A stretch of 64,000 bases of DNA from Candidatus Kaiserbacteria bacterium RIFCSPHIGHO2_01_FULL_54_36 (GTDB lineage: Bacteria > Patescibacteriota > Minisyncoccia > Phycocordibacterales > UBA2100), in NCBI GenBank assembly GCA_001781105.1, contig MFKV01000028.1, positions 10,428 through 74,427 on the forward strand, given 5' to 3'. The notes below the pieces were generated by a model, which saw nothing but the letters and a program-made list of their open reading frames with translations, ran no database searches and was not told where the DNA came from. Each line of letters starts with the position of its first letter. The first letter of the stretch is position 1. The position numbers were made by a program, and so were the translations under genes. This document shows positions 37,419 to 46,786 of the stretch, piece by piece.

Positions 37419-37841
37419 CTACAGTTCACCTTTATTTGCCAAGGCAACAAATCTTTCCAAAGTTACTATCTTTACTTTATCTGTATCTTTAAAAAATTTA
37501 TTCAGTCCACCAGCTATATAAAAATCTCTGAGCTTCCATCCATCACCGCCTAAAATGACATATGCCTTTGAATACACACCTTTGTTATCAATGAGTGCTT
37601 CGGCAAGACACATGACCTCAAAAGGAACTTTTTGTTCTGCCGTACCACTCGTTTGTTGCCATTTGGATGAGATGAGTATTTTTTCTCCGCCTTTTTCTGC
37701 AATAGCATCGACCATATGGCGGCCTTTTCCGCCAAGTCGTATGCCGATATGCATTTGCTTTGTGTAGTCATAGCCGCCTCTTTTTAAAGCAGGTAGCACC
37801 ATATTTTCCAAAACTCCTCCGGTATTAGTATTTCGCGACAT
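37419..37841 (-). CDS. Hypothetical 140-aa protein in the R-M-like island (possible second nuclease or accessory subunit)
   Basis: Overlaps the MTase stop by 17 nt. Contains VDAIAEKGGEKILISSKWQQTSGTAEQK (a D...E-Q-K arrangement). No family recognised. Confidence 0.5.
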   Translation of the reverse strand: MSRNTNTGGVLENMVLPALKRGGYDYTKQMHIGIRLGGKGRHMVDAIAEKGGEKILISSKWQQTSGTAEQKVPFEVMCLAEALIDNKGVYSKAYVILGGDGWKLRDFYIAGGLNKFFKDTDKVKIVTLERFVALANKGEL

Positions 37842-38673
37842 TAACCAGATCCTTATACCTTTTCACAGAAAGATCAAGGTAGTTCTTTTCAAGGTCGATT
37901 CCGATAAACTTCCTACCGTGCGCTGCAGCTGCTAACCCCGTTGTTGAGCTGCCGGCAAACGGGTCGAGAACAATATCGTCTTTTCTTGTACTAGCGAGGA
38001 CAATTCGTCTTAAAAGCTCCAGGGGTTTCTGGGTCGGATGTTTTCCAAATTTCTTCTCTCCAGGTTTAGGGGTTCCAATGGACCACACGGAGCGCATTTG
38101 CAGACCTGGTTTCTTTAGAAAATCTCTGCCCCAATCTCCCGCTTTCATCAGATCATAATCGAAATGATGCTTTGCTTTCTTTTCCTTTCTCGCCCAAATC
38201 AGAGTCTCATGACTCGCCGTAAAGAATCGGCAGCTCAAATTTGGCGACGCATTCGGCTTGAACCACGAGATGTCATTAAGGATGTGGTAGTTGAGCGATT
38301 GCAGGGCGTGTCCGCATTGGTAAATGGAATGATACGTTCCGCTTACCCAGAGCGTTCCGTGCGGTTTGAGGACTCGTCTGCAGGCTTCGAGCCATCGGTA
38401 GTGAAAGTCATAATCGTCCTCAAACCCCTTACTCTTGTCCCAATCTCCCTTATTCACACTTACCATCTTTCCTGCGTGTACCGAGAAGCCACCATTCGAA
38501 AGATTGTACGGCGGATCCGCAAAAATCATGTCGATAGAATTTTCAGGAAGCGAACTGAGCAAATCTATCGAGTCGGCATTGTAGAGAACAAAGTTGTCCT
38601 GTTTGAAATAGGGCTTGAACTCGACAGACGCGAGGATTTTCTGTCTTGGTTTCTGAAAGGTTACGAGCGCCAT
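37825..38673 (-). CDS. Beta-class amino DNA methyltransferase (N6-adenine or N4-cytosine; DPPY motif IV precedes motif I FAGSSTTG)
   Basis: IFADPPYN and LDPFAGSSTTGLAA. Start set at MALVTF (38673), which is preceded by TATAAT-N7-ATG. The track start at 38706 lies inside that promoter. Confidence 0.85.
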   Translation of the reverse strand: MALVTFQKPRQKILASVEFKPYFKQDNFVLYNADSIDLLSSLPENSIDMIFADPPYNLSNGGFSVHAGKMVSVNKGDWDKSKGFEDDYDFHYRWLEACRRVLKPHGTLWVSGTYHSIYQCGHALQSLNYHILNDISWFKPNASPNLSCRFFTASHETLIWARKEKKAKHHFDYDLMKAGDWGRDFLKKPGLQMRSVWSIGTPKPGEKKFGKHPTQKPLELLRRIVLASTRKDDIVLDPFAGSSTTGLAAAAHGRKFIGIDLEKNYLDLSVKRYKDLVNVAKY

Positions 38674-38813
38674 GTGGATTATTATACCCCACGCGCGGTT
38701 GCTCATTTTGGGGAATCGGGGCCGTATTGCGGGGGTGGAGTGCGGGTGCCATAGTTGGGGTCGAAACTTAACCCAGCTCTTTGAGGTGGAAAGAGCTCTA
38801 CTTGGAGGCTACA

Positions 38814-39530
38814 ATGCGCACTTTGCTTGGCGCAGCCCTCTGCGCCTTTATCCTCGCCTTCTCTACGGTCGCCGCCTCGGCGCAGCGCAAGGAGGAGGTC
38901 GACCTTCTCCTCGTCCTCGCGGCCGATGTGTCGGGCAGCGTCGATCCGGATGAATTCGCGCTCCAGCGCCGCGGACACGCGGAGGCACTGCTTCACCCGC
39001 GCGTTCAGAAAGCGATTACCTCGGGCATGCTCGGAAAGATCGCCGTCACCTACATCGAGTGGTCCGGCGATTACCAGCAGACGGTCATCGTCGACTGGAC
39101 GATCATCGATGGCCTCGCTTCAGCGCAACACTTCGGCGCTCAGATGGTGGAAGTTGAGCGACCGCGCGGCAGGAGCACCGCCATCGGCGCAGCTATCGAC
39201 TTTTCTGTCAAACGACTCGAGGCGGCGCCGTATCACGCACACCGCCGGACAATCGACATCTCCGCCGACGGCACGAACACATCTTCGAATCTCGAGAAGG
39301 CGCGGAGTGAGGCGGTTGCGAAAGGGATCACGATCAACGTCCTCGCGATCCTCAGCGTGCTTCCTTCGCCGAGCTTCCCCTGGCACACGCATCCTGTTGG
39401 CGGACTCGAGAATTACTTCCGCAGTCATGTGATCGGCGGGCCGGGGTCGTTCGTCGTCGTCGCCGAAGAACACAGAAGCTTCGGCGAAGCGATCGTCAAG
39501 AAACTCATCGCCGAGATCGCGATGCGGTGA
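38814..39530 (+). CDS. Secreted DUF1194-like von Willebrand factor A-fold protein
   Basis: Signal peptide MRTLLGAALCAFILAFSTVAASA, then LLLVLAADVSGSVD (DxSxS MIDAS-like). Locally higher GC. Confidence 0.7.
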   Translation: MRTLLGAALCAFILAFSTVAASAQRKEEVDLLLVLAADVSGSVDPDEFALQRRGHAEALLHPRVQKAITSGMLGKIAVTYIEWSGDYQQTVIVDWTIIDGLASAQHFGAQMVEVERPRGRSTAIGAAIDFSVKRLEAAPYHAHRRTIDISADGTNTSSNLEKARSEAVAKGITINVLAILSVLPSPSFPWHTHPVGGLENYFRSHVIGGPGSFVVVAEEHRSFGEAIVKKLIAEIAMR

Positions 39531-39558
39531 GCACCGTATCGAAAATGCGAGAAGGCCC

Positions 39559-39595
39559 GGCGCAATGCGCACGGGCCTTCTATCTTTTCTGCTCT
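39559..39595 (+). terminator. Rho-independent terminator
   Basis: GAGAAGGCCCGGCGCAATGCGCACGGGCCTTCTATCTTTTCTG. Confidence 0.65.
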
Positions 39596-39774
39596 ATGAG
39601 GTGGAGCTGTTTTCGGAAGGTTTTGTGATGGGGAGTAGCGCGCTCCACATACCTATTCAAGTATTTTGCAAAACACTAGAATAGATCTCATCCCACAAAT
39701 CTTCATTTTGAACGAATTGACCTACGTACGATGCCGTGGCATTATATCGGCCGGCCCAAACCAGGAGGTACCCC

Positions 39775-40338
39775 ATGGACCGCATTAAAGATAGGCGTGG
39801 TGATCGGTGCAGTGGACTCGGACTTTTGCTCGACTCGAAAGGCGGCCGTTGGCCCGATTTCGACGCGCTCGGCCCTCGCCTCAAGAAAGTGACTGAACAC
39901 CCGTTTGGCTTCAGTCTGCCTGAACACATCGGCCACGGGGCAGCCTACATCCTTCCCTGTCGCGGTTCTGACGATTCCGTCAAAGACATGGCAACGTGTA
40001 TTCGCTGCTATGCAGCTGGACACGGAAAATCATCCGGCGTTCAGCGCCTTCGGATATTCACGGTCCGGCAGGTGAGCGATATGGCGGAGCGGCGCTATCT
40101 CTTCGAGGTTCAGTTCACCAACATGATGTTCATCGGCGGTGACTGCACCTACTTCAGTGGAGGTGGTGGTAGCGCGACGCAGCAGTTGCGCGGCATCTTC
40201 CTCGCACTGTCGAGCATCTACGACATCGACGTCGAAGAAGAGGTTGTCATGATGGAGAGCCTCGTCAACCTCAGCGATTCCGTCCTTGAAGATCTCGGGC
40301 TGCGAATGGAGATGCGACAGCTCAAGAAGGCATCGTGA
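39775..40338 (+). CDS. Hypothetical protein
   Basis: About 187 aa with Cys/His pairs (CRGSDD...CIRCYAAGHG). Start chosen at MDRIKD. Followed by a strong terminator. Confidence 0.5.
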   Translation: MDRIKDRRGDRCSGLGLLLDSKGGRWPDFDALGPRLKKVTEHPFGFSLPEHIGHGAAYILPCRGSDDSVKDMATCIRCYAAGHGKSSGVQRLRIFTVRQVSDMAERRYLFEVQFTNMMFIGGDCTYFSGGGGSATQQLRGIFLALSSIYDIDVEEEVVMMESLVNLSDSVLEDLGLRMEMRQLKKAS

Positions 40339-40357
40339 TGGTGCCTACACGCTTCCA

Positions 40358-40390
40358 TGCGACGAAAAGCCCCGGGCATGCCCGGGGCTT
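40358..40390. terminator. Bidirectional terminator AAAAGCCCCGGGCATGCCCGGGGCTTTT
   Basis: Perfect 10-bp GC stem flanked by A and T runs, between convergent genes. Confidence 0.8.
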
Positions 40391-40428
40391 TTATACATTT
40401 CAACCTTATTTTAGAGGATTGATTCGAG

Positions 40429-41007
40429 TTAGCCTTGGGATTCGGTGGCGGGGTTGAGGGAATGGCGCTTGCCGGCAAGCGCGGAGGCCAGGATCTGCTT
40501 TACTCGCTTCTCCCGGGTTGCGGGTTGTTTTCCGCGAAGGATCCATCGATAAAGCATCCGTTTTTGCGAGGGTGGGTGGGATTCAAATGCTTGCTTTGCC
40601 TTCGCGCTCTTTGCGAGCGCCTTTTCGAGCTCGATTGGCATGTCGGGATTCTTCGGGATTCCGTGATCGTGTATGGGCTTTGCCTTACCGAGTTTGTAAA
40701 ATCGCATCCCCTCAGGGCTCATCCTCCCCTCTTTGATAAGCTTCTTTGCATAAGAAATAGTATTGTCGCTCCACTTGCTCTTCTCATTGCGCCGCGAGAA
40801 ATGCCGCAAGAAAGTATCTTCGTCAAGGCGTTTGATGATCGTGTCTATCCAGCCATAGCAGATCGCCTCTTCGATAAGCTCGCGATGCGTGGGGAAAGGC
40901 TTCCCCGTGTGTTTCTTGTGCACAACGACAGACATCTTTGTTTCCTTCTTATGATTCCTCTTCAGCCACTTCCTAAAGTCCTTCGCGCTGAATACAACAA
41001 TCTGCAT
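40429..41007 (-). CDS. YdeI/OmpD-associated (PF13376-like) family protein
   Basis: ...FRKWLKRNHKKE...ELIEEAICYGWIDTIIKRLDEDTF... Confidence 0.65.
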   Translation of the reverse strand: MQIVVFSAKDFRKWLKRNHKKETKMSVVVHKKHTGKPFPTHRELIEEAICYGWIDTIIKRLDEDTFLRHFSRRNEKSKWSDNTISYAKKLIKEGRMSPEGMRFYKLGKAKPIHDHGIPKNPDMPIELEKALAKSAKAKQAFESHPPSQKRMLYRWILRGKQPATREKRVKQILASALAGKRHSLNPATESQG

Positions 41008-41024
41008 AATCAATTTACATCCCG

Positions 41025-41297
41025 CTATTGCAGTCTTTTGCAAAACACTAGTATAGATTCTGCGCGCGGTGTCAGTTTGTGACGGACAGCGCTTCCCTGG
41101 TTCCGTTTAAAAACGAGGCCGGCGATTGCCAGTTTGCGTACGTGATCCGAAGCATTTTCATATCCTATTTTTAGACGCTGTGAAATATCTTCGACCGACA
41201 GTTCAGGTTCTCGTTTTAACAAATCGAGGATTTGCAGACGCCGATGATTCGCAAATCCTTTGACTATTCGTTCCAGCTGTCTGTATGTAGCTGCCAT
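41025..41297 (-). CDS. ArsR-family HTH transcriptional regulator (about 90 aa)
   Basis: FANHRRLQILDLL...SVEDISQRLKIGYENASDHVRKLAIAGLV. Start at MAATYRQ; the track start is a TTG inside a repeated motif. Confidence 0.7.
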   Translation of the reverse strand: MAATYRQLERIVKGFANHRRLQILDLLKREPELSVEDISQRLKIGYENASDHVRKLAIAGLVFKRNQGSAVRHKLTPRAESILVFCKRLQ

Positions 41298-41353
41298 AGA
41301 TCGATTGTACTCTATTGCAGTCTTTTGCAAAACACTAGCATAGGAATAAAGAT

Positions 41354-41650
41354 CTAGATGGTGAGTGTGAAAGCAATCGTATCGCCTTCGGCGAGGCCTT
41401 CCGCGCGGCGCGCGGCTGCTTTGAGCGGGAGGAGGTAGGTGCCCGAGCGTTTGTCGGGAAAGATAGATGTCTTCCAGCTTGTTTTACCGATAGTCACCTT
41501 CACACGAACCGAGCCGAATCCCCTGCGCACTCTCGTATGCTTTTCCTTTATCTCTTCCGAAAGCTTCTTATCGACATGGGCGAAATGCCAGACACCTTGC
41601 TCGCCCGGCCAGAGCCACACCTTTCCTTTCGCCTTGTACACCTGCGCCAT
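41354..41650 (-). CDS. DUF1905 domain protein
   Basis: ...VRRGFGSVRVKVTIGKTSWKTSIFPDKR... DUF1905 frequently partners with the YdeI-family domain. Confidence 0.7.
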   Translation of the reverse strand: MAQVYKAKGKVWLWPGEQGVWHFAHVDKKLSEEIKEKHTRVRRGFGSVRVKVTIGKTSWKTSIFPDKRSGTYLLPLKAAARRAEGLAEGDTIAFTLTI

Positions 41651-41660
41651 GCGCCAGGGT

Positions 41661-42737
41661 TTAGGCTGTCCCGAAGCGGCGGCGGTCGTAGAGTAGCGAG
41701 AGAAATGCGAGTACTGCGAATATGGTGGGGATCCAGTAGCCAGGCAGGTAGAGCTGCGCCATTTCCCACAGGCTGATCCACTGTATCGAGACAGAGCCCG
41801 TCACGGTCGCGACGTTATCCAGAAGCGCCTGATCCTGCGTCTTCACCGCCTTCTGCCAATCTTCGGCGTACTTGATATTGGCATCCGCGTTCTTTAGCTG
41901 TGCCGAATACGATGCGTTCTCGTTGCTGAGACGCGCTCTTAGTGTGATCACCTCATTGGTGAGCGCCTGGATCTGTGCTTGCACCTCTACAGTCTGGGGC
42001 TGTGCGCGAAGTGAAGTGAGCTGCTGCTCGTCGGCGTTGATCTGGGATTGGAGCGACTGCGCGGCACTCGTGTGCGCACTGACTATTTTTTGGCGTGCCG
42101 CTTTGTAATCCGCGAGTGTCGAGTCTGCTTGCTTCTGCTGCTCCTCGATGCTCTGCTTTTGCGGCAAGAGATTCTGCGAAGAAATGTTGAGCGTAAGAAA
42201 GCGGCTATCTACCAGGCCCTCGAGCTCAGTGCGGAAGGCATCGTATTTGCTCATAGGGACCGCGAAATTGACGTAGCCGTATTTCGGCGAGCTCGATTCC
42301 TGATCGATGCGGCCGTCGTATCCGCGCACGGTCGTCTCGACACGACGCACTAATCCCCCCACATCGCGGGTGCGCATTTCGGCGTTGTAATTAACTTTCA
42401 AGAATTCTCGCGTGTCGGTGATGGGTACGTCTTGGCCCGGGTACGGGTAGGGATAATATGCTTCTCTCCCCGGCATGCCTTGCGGCGCCATGCTTGCTCC
42501 ATTGGTAGCACCCATGTCGTACATGGGTTTAGAAGGCATGGAGGGTGGCGAATAGCTGACGGAATCCTCCACTACGCCTCGTGAGCCACCGCCTTCCCCG
42601 TAACCCATAGGCATCGGGTAATACGAAGAAGGGCGCGCGATCGCTACAAAGGAGCCGAGGGCAAGGAGCACAAGGACGATCGTCAGCCATGAGATACGGC
42701 GCGGCCAAAAGCGAGCGCGGACTATTTCATCGGTCAT
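41661..42737 (-). CDS. DUF4349-like membrane protein (N- and C-terminal TM helices, Gln-rich coiled coil)
   Basis: 358-aa ORF. Family call is tentative. Confidence 0.55.
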   Translation of the reverse strand: MTDEIVRARFWPRRISWLTIVLVLLALGSFVAIARPSSYYPMPMGYGEGGGSRGVVEDSVSYSPPSMPSKPMYDMGATNGASMAPQGMPGREAYYPYPYPGQDVPITDTREFLKVNYNAEMRTRDVGGLVRRVETTVRGYDGRIDQESSSPKYGYVNFAVPMSKYDAFRTELEGLVDSRFLTLNISSQNLLPQKQSIEEQQKQADSTLADYKAARQKIVSAHTSAAQSLQSQINADEQQLTSLRAQPQTVEVQAQIQALTNEVITLRARLSNENASYSAQLKNADANIKYAEDWQKAVKTQDQALLDNVATVTGSVSIQWISLWEMAQLYLPGYWIPTIFAVLAFLSLLYDRRRFGTA

Positions 42738-42770
42738 ACCAAGATGCTATCACGGAAACAGAGACAAGGC

Positions 42771-42884
42771 CTACCATTTGTAGCCCTTCTTTTCGAGCAT
42801 CACGCGCTTCGCCTCCAGCCGCTTTTTCGTCTTTCTTGAGCGTGTCTTTTTTCTCCTGATGTCCTGATCCGGTCTTTTTCCCAT
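42771..42884 (-). CDS. Possible 37-aa highly basic peptide
   Basis: Own translation: MGKRPDQDIRRKKTRSRKTKKRLEAKRVMLEKKGYKW. The ATG is preceded by GGGGTATACT-N6. Confidence 0.3.
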   Translation of the reverse strand: MGKRPDQDIRRKKTRSRKTKKRLEAKRVMLEKKGYKW

Positions 42885-42953
42885 CGGGGTAGTATACCCC
42901 ATGAGATGAAGCAAGCTATTCCCAGGGGTATACCCTATTACTTCGCTGCATCC

Positions 42954-43208
42954 TCACATGATGTCTTTGGTTTGTATTGGGCTCTGGATCCCGGGCTTCC
43001 ACTCCGCTTTGATCTCTCCGAATTGTTTCTCGTACTCCCCGATCTGGTGCACGAGGTACTGCGAGAGGCGCTTCATGTGCTGCGGCGTGAGCGCGTAGGC
43101 AATGCCACTCTCGCCCGTGATCATGCCGAGGACAAAAAACTCCTGTGAAAAGGCGGCGGAAATGTTCTCGCAAAATTGCTTCGGTACTTTGTTGATATCC
43201 ATTGGCAT
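42954..43208 (-). CDS. DUF3467 family protein
   Basis: ...EFFVLGMITGESGIAYALTPQHMKRLSQYLVHQIGEYEKQFGEI. Confidence 0.65.
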   Translation of the reverse strand: MPMDINKVPKQFCENISAAFSQEFFVLGMITGESGIAYALTPQHMKRLSQYLVHQIGEYEKQFGEIKAEWKPGIQSPIQTKDIM

Positions 43209-43290
43209 AGGCTTGATGATGCTATCTACTAATGCGGAGATGCATTATAGGCTCGCGTGCGCTCTTTTCCTAAGCGCGGCGTTTATTGAG

Positions 43291-43476
43291 TCATTTGCGC
43301 TTTTTCGCTCGTGGGACCTTGCCACCGGCTTTGCGCGCCTCTGAGAGTCCGATCGCTATGGCCTGCTTGCGGCTCGTCACTTTTTTCCCGCTTCTGCCGC
43401 TCTTTAATTTGCCGCGCTTCATTTCGTGCATCGCGCGCTTCACTTTTTCCTGTGCTTTTTTCCCGTACCTGGCCAT
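43291..43476 (-). CDS. Small basic protein (61 aa), conserved hypothetical
   Basis: MARYGKKAQEKVKRAMHEMKRGKLKSGRSGKKVTSRKQAIAIGLSEARKAGGKVP. Confidence 0.5.
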   Translation of the reverse strand: MARYGKKAQEKVKRAMHEMKRGKLKSGRSGKKVTSRKQAIAIGLSEARKAGGKVPRAKKRK

Positions 43477-43516
43477 TCCTCAGTCTCCTACTGTGGGAAT
43501 GAAGGTTGCGTTAATT

Positions 43517-43699
43517 TTACTTCCTCCACTCCTGCACGAGGATGTAGACGAGGAGAGCGAGAATGGTGAGCGGTGAAATCACCGTTCCGATCCCACCCAA
43601 TATGAGGCCGAGGCCTCCGAGCTGCATCGATGGGTTGTAGATAAGAAGATAGATCGGGAGAGAAAGTAGTACCAAGACCGTGACAATAAGTTTCCGCAT
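43517..43699 (-). CDS. Small membrane protein
   Basis: MRKLIVTVLVLLSLPIYLLIY... Two TM helices. Confidence 0.45.
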   Translation of the reverse strand: MRKLIVTVLVLLSLPIYLLIYNPSMQLGGLGLILGGIGTVISPLTILALLVYILVQEWRK

Positions 43700-43703
43700 A
43701 TGG

Positions 43704-44168
43704 CTATTGCATCCTGGCAAACGTCAGGACGTTGCCGCGACCGCTCAAGTTGACGAGGACCAGCCTGTCGTCAGTTGTGTCTGCGGCGATCGCAAAATAC
43801 ATCGGCTCACCATCGCTAAAGACAAGCTTGAGGAACGTTGCATTATCGACTGCTGGGAATTCGAATTGCTCCGCGGAAATATCAATGACCTGGCTCCAGG
43901 TGCCGTTTGCAGTTGCAGCGGCATCGCCTTCGTACATATCGGTAACGGTGCCATCGATACGGAATTCGCGCGTGAATTTCGGATCCTCTGTGCTTTGCCA
44001 CGTACCTACCGCCCTGCTTGCCTCCGGTGTCCAGCTTATCTCTGTCGTCGTGCTTACCACTTCCGGCTGTGTATCTGCCGGCGCTGGATTATTCTGTGTA
44101 GCAACGAGATACGCCCCGACGACGAGGATGATAATGATGATGCCGCCTACCAGTACTTTCATATTCAT
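43704..44168 (-). CDS. Hypothetical membrane-anchored protein
   Basis: MNMKVLVGGIIIIILVVGAYL anchor. 154 aa. Confidence 0.55.
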   Translation of the reverse strand: MNMKVLVGGIIIIILVVGAYLVATQNNPAPADTQPEVVSTTTEISWTPEASRAVGTWQSTEDPKFTREFRIDGTVTDMYEGDAAATANGTWSQVIDISAEQFEFPAVDNATFLKLVFSDGEPMYFAIAADTTDDRLVLVNLSGRGNVLTFARMQ

Positions 44169-44395
44169 ATCGTTTCGTTATGTTTCTAAATGTCGGCTCA
44201 TTCTACCGCTCTTCCAAATCTAGGCAAACCGAGTTAATCGCCGACGCGAGCTCGCTTACGGCACGTCCTCGCACCACAAGAGTACTTCCAAATTTCTAAC
44301 TCGCTACCGCTCCTAAGAAATTTTGGTCGCTCAACGTTCGGTCGGCTTCGCCCTACTGGCCTCAGCACTTCCTCGCTCAACGCTCGGTCGCAGTA

Positions 44396-44791
44396 TCACT
44401 TTTGTTCAAGGTCCAGACAAACGGAATTGATGCAGTAGCGCTTGCCTGTGGATGTCGGGCCGTCGTCGAACACGTGGCCCAAGTGCCCGCCACAACGCGC
44501 GCACGTGATCTCTGTGCGCACCATTCCGCGATCCGTGTCGCGATGCTGCTCTATGGCGCCGGGAAGTGCTGTATCAAAAGAGGGCCAGCCGGTACCAGAA
44601 TCGAATTTTGCCTCCGACGAGAAAAGCGGATTGCCGCACGCCTTACACTCATAGGTGCCATCGGCTTTTTCGTGTACGTACTCGCCCGTGAACGGTGCTT
44701 CCGTTCCCTTCTCCCGAAGCACGGCGTATTCTTCGGGCGTAAGCGCTTGCTTCCACCCTTCCTCATTCTCGGGCATAGGACGTTTCGTCAT
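44396..44791 (-). CDS. msrB: Peptide-methionine (R)-S-oxide reductase
   Basis: CxxC...CxxC zinc site and the RYCINS catalytic motif. Confidence 0.92.
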   Translation of the reverse strand: MTKRPMPENEEGWKQALTPEEYAVLREKGTEAPFTGEYVHEKADGTYECKACGNPLFSSEAKFDSGTGWPSFDTALPGAIEQHRDTDRGMVRTEITCARCGGHLGHVFDDGPTSTGKRYCINSVCLDLEQK

Positions 44792-44814
44792 GCCGCGATT
44801 GTAGCACGGGCGAT

Positions 44815-46617
44815 TTATTGCCGTCTGGCCCGAGAGCGATCGATGTCGGTCAGCTGCTGCTTGCGCAATCGAACGCTTGTAGGAGTTATTTCCAAATACT
44901 CATCTTCTGCCATCACTTCAAGCCCGCGCTCGATCGTGAGCGTAAAGGGTGGGATGAGATTGATCGCTTCGTCGGCGCCACTCGAGCGCATGTTGGTGAG
45001 CTGCTTGCCTTTGGTCGGGTTCACGGTCATCTCTTCACCTTTCGAGGTGTTGCCGATGACCTGGCCTTCATACACATCAACGGCAGGGCCGATATATATG
45101 ACACCGCGCTCCTGCAAATTCCAGAGCGAGAATCCGAGCGCCTTTCCGCTTGCCATCGAGATCATGGAGCCCACGTTCTTGCGGCGTATCTCGCCGACGT
45201 GCGGCTTGAAGCCCACAAAGCGCGAAGAAAGGATCCCCTCGCCCGAGGTGTCGAGCACGAATTGGCTGCGGTAACCGAGAAGCCCGCGTGTTGGCCCTTC
45301 GAAGATGAGCCTCACTTGGTTCTCATGGACTTTCAGATCTTTCATTATGAATTTGCGTGTGCCGAGACGCTCGATGATGGCACCTTGGTACACTTGTGGC
45401 GTGTCCACGATCACCTCTTCAAAGGGCTCCTGCATTTCCCCATTCTCCTCGTGGAAGATGACCTGTGGCTGCGAGACCTGCATTTCATATCCTTCACGGC
45501 GCATGTTCTCGAGGAGTATCGCAATGTGGAGCTCGCCGCGGCCTGAGACCTTGAAGGTATCGCCGCCGGAGAAATCCACGCGCAATCCGACGTTGACCTC
45601 GAGCTCACGCTCGAGCCTGTCGCGGATCTGCCGCGACGTCACGAATTTGCCTTCGCGGCCGGCGAAGGGAGAATTGTTGACGAGGAAGTTGAGCGTGATG
45701 GTGGGCTCATCGATCGCTATCGCGGGAAGCGCTTCGGTACTTTCATCGGTCGTAATAGTCTCGCCGATATAGATCTCCGGAATGCCCGCGATCATCGCGA
45801 TATCGCCAGCGGAGACTTCACTCGATTCGATCTTCTTGAGTCCTCTGAACGTGAACATCTTCGTGATCTTTCCAGTATGCGTCTCGACCTGGCCGGTCAG
45901 GCCGTCTACCTTTTTGACGAATACCGCATCTCCCGTCTTGAGAGTGCCTTCGTAGCAGCGCACGATCGCAAGGCGCCCGAGAAAGTTGTCGTAGCCGAGG
46001 TTAAAGGGCTGGAGCCGCGCAGGCTTCGTGAGCGCCTCCGGGCTTGAGGCGGGTGGGACGTGGCTCAGTATCGTCTCCAACAGCGGCGTGAGATCTGCCG
46101 ATTCGTCGGTGAGTTTGAGCTTCGCTATCCCCTGCCTGCCGATAGAGTAGACAATAGGAAAATCGGCCTGCTCATCAGAAGCGCCCAATTCCAAGAAAAG
46201 TTCGAGTACCTGTTCTTCCGTGCGCGCAGGATCTGCCGCAGGCTTATCGATCTTGTTGATGACAACTATTGGCTTTATGCCCAACTCCAGTGATTTTTTT
46301 AGCACGAAGCGTGTCTGCGGCATGGGGCCTTCTTGGGCGTCGACGACAAGCAATACCGAATCGATCGAGCGCAGTACTCGCTCCACTTCGCTCCCGAAGT
46401 CGGCGTGGCCGGGAGTGTCGACGATGTTGATCTTGGTATCCTGATAGAAAATCGCTGCGTTCTTGGAGTAAATGGTGATGCCCCGCTCAAGTTCGAGCGC
46501 ATTACTATCCATGGATACACCCTCTTCGGCTACTCCCGTTTGTCGTAAAAGCGCGTCTGTCAGCGTCGTCTTCCCATGATCAACATGGGCAATAATAGCT
46601 ATGTTCCTGATTTCCAT
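44815..46617 (-). CDS. typA: Translational GTPase TypA/BipA
   Basis: [18 protein letters not shown] and NKID G-motifs. 600 aa with the BipA C-terminal domain. Confidence 0.95.
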   Translation of the reverse strand: MEIRNIAIIAHVDHGKTTLTDALLRQTGVAEEGVSMDSNALELERGITIYSKNAAIFYQDTKINIVDTPGHADFGSEVERVLRSIDSVLLVVDAQEGPMPQTRFVLKKSLELGIKPIVVINKIDKPAADPARTEEQVLELFLELGASDEQADFPIVYSIGRQGIAKLKLTDESADLTPLLETILSHVPPASSPEALTKPARLQPFNLGYDNFLGRLAIVRCYEGTLKTGDAVFVKKVDGLTGQVETHTGKITKMFTFRGLKKIESSEVSAGDIAMIAGIPEIYIGETITTDESTEALPAIAIDEPTITLNFLVNNSPFAGREGKFVTSRQIRDRLERELEVNVGLRVDFSGGDTFKVSGRGELHIAILLENMRREGYEMQVSQPQVIFHEENGEMQEPFEEVIVDTPQVYQGAIIERLGTRKFIMKDLKVHENQVRLIFEGPTRGLLGYRSQFVLDTSGEGILSSRFVGFKPHVGEIRRKNVGSMISMASGKALGFSLWNLQERGVIYIGPAVDVYEGQVIGNTSKGEEMTVNPTKGKQLTNMRSSGADEAINLIPPFTLTIERGLEVMAEDEYLEITPTSVRLRKQQLTDIDRSRARRQ

Positions 46618-46620
46618 ATG

Positions 46621-46713
46621 TTAAAAAGTACCACCTACAGAGTGGGCGACCTGCCCCGTTAGAACGCGTATTCGCGTTTCTAATGGGGTGATCGCAATGT
46701 TCCGTATCTCCAT
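46621..46713 (-). CDS. 30-codon upstream ORF (leader-peptide candidate) mimicking the typA N-terminus
   Basis: Own translation: [30 protein letters not shown]. Its first 8 residues are identical to the typA start, and its stop lies 3 nt before the typA ATG. Confidence 0.4.
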   Translation of the reverse strand: MEIRNIAITPLETRIRVLTGQVAHSVGGTF

Positions 46714-46736
46714 GGTCTTTAATGCAAAATGCCCCC

Positions 46737-46775
46737 GTCGGGGCACCCCGTAGCTCAATTGTGCCTTATTTTAGG
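46737..46775 (-). terminator. Rho-independent terminator after the dsbA-like gene
   Basis: Minus strand reads GGTGCCCCGACGGGGGCATTTTGCATT. Confidence 0.6.
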
Positions 46776-46786
46776 CTTCGCGTCAA

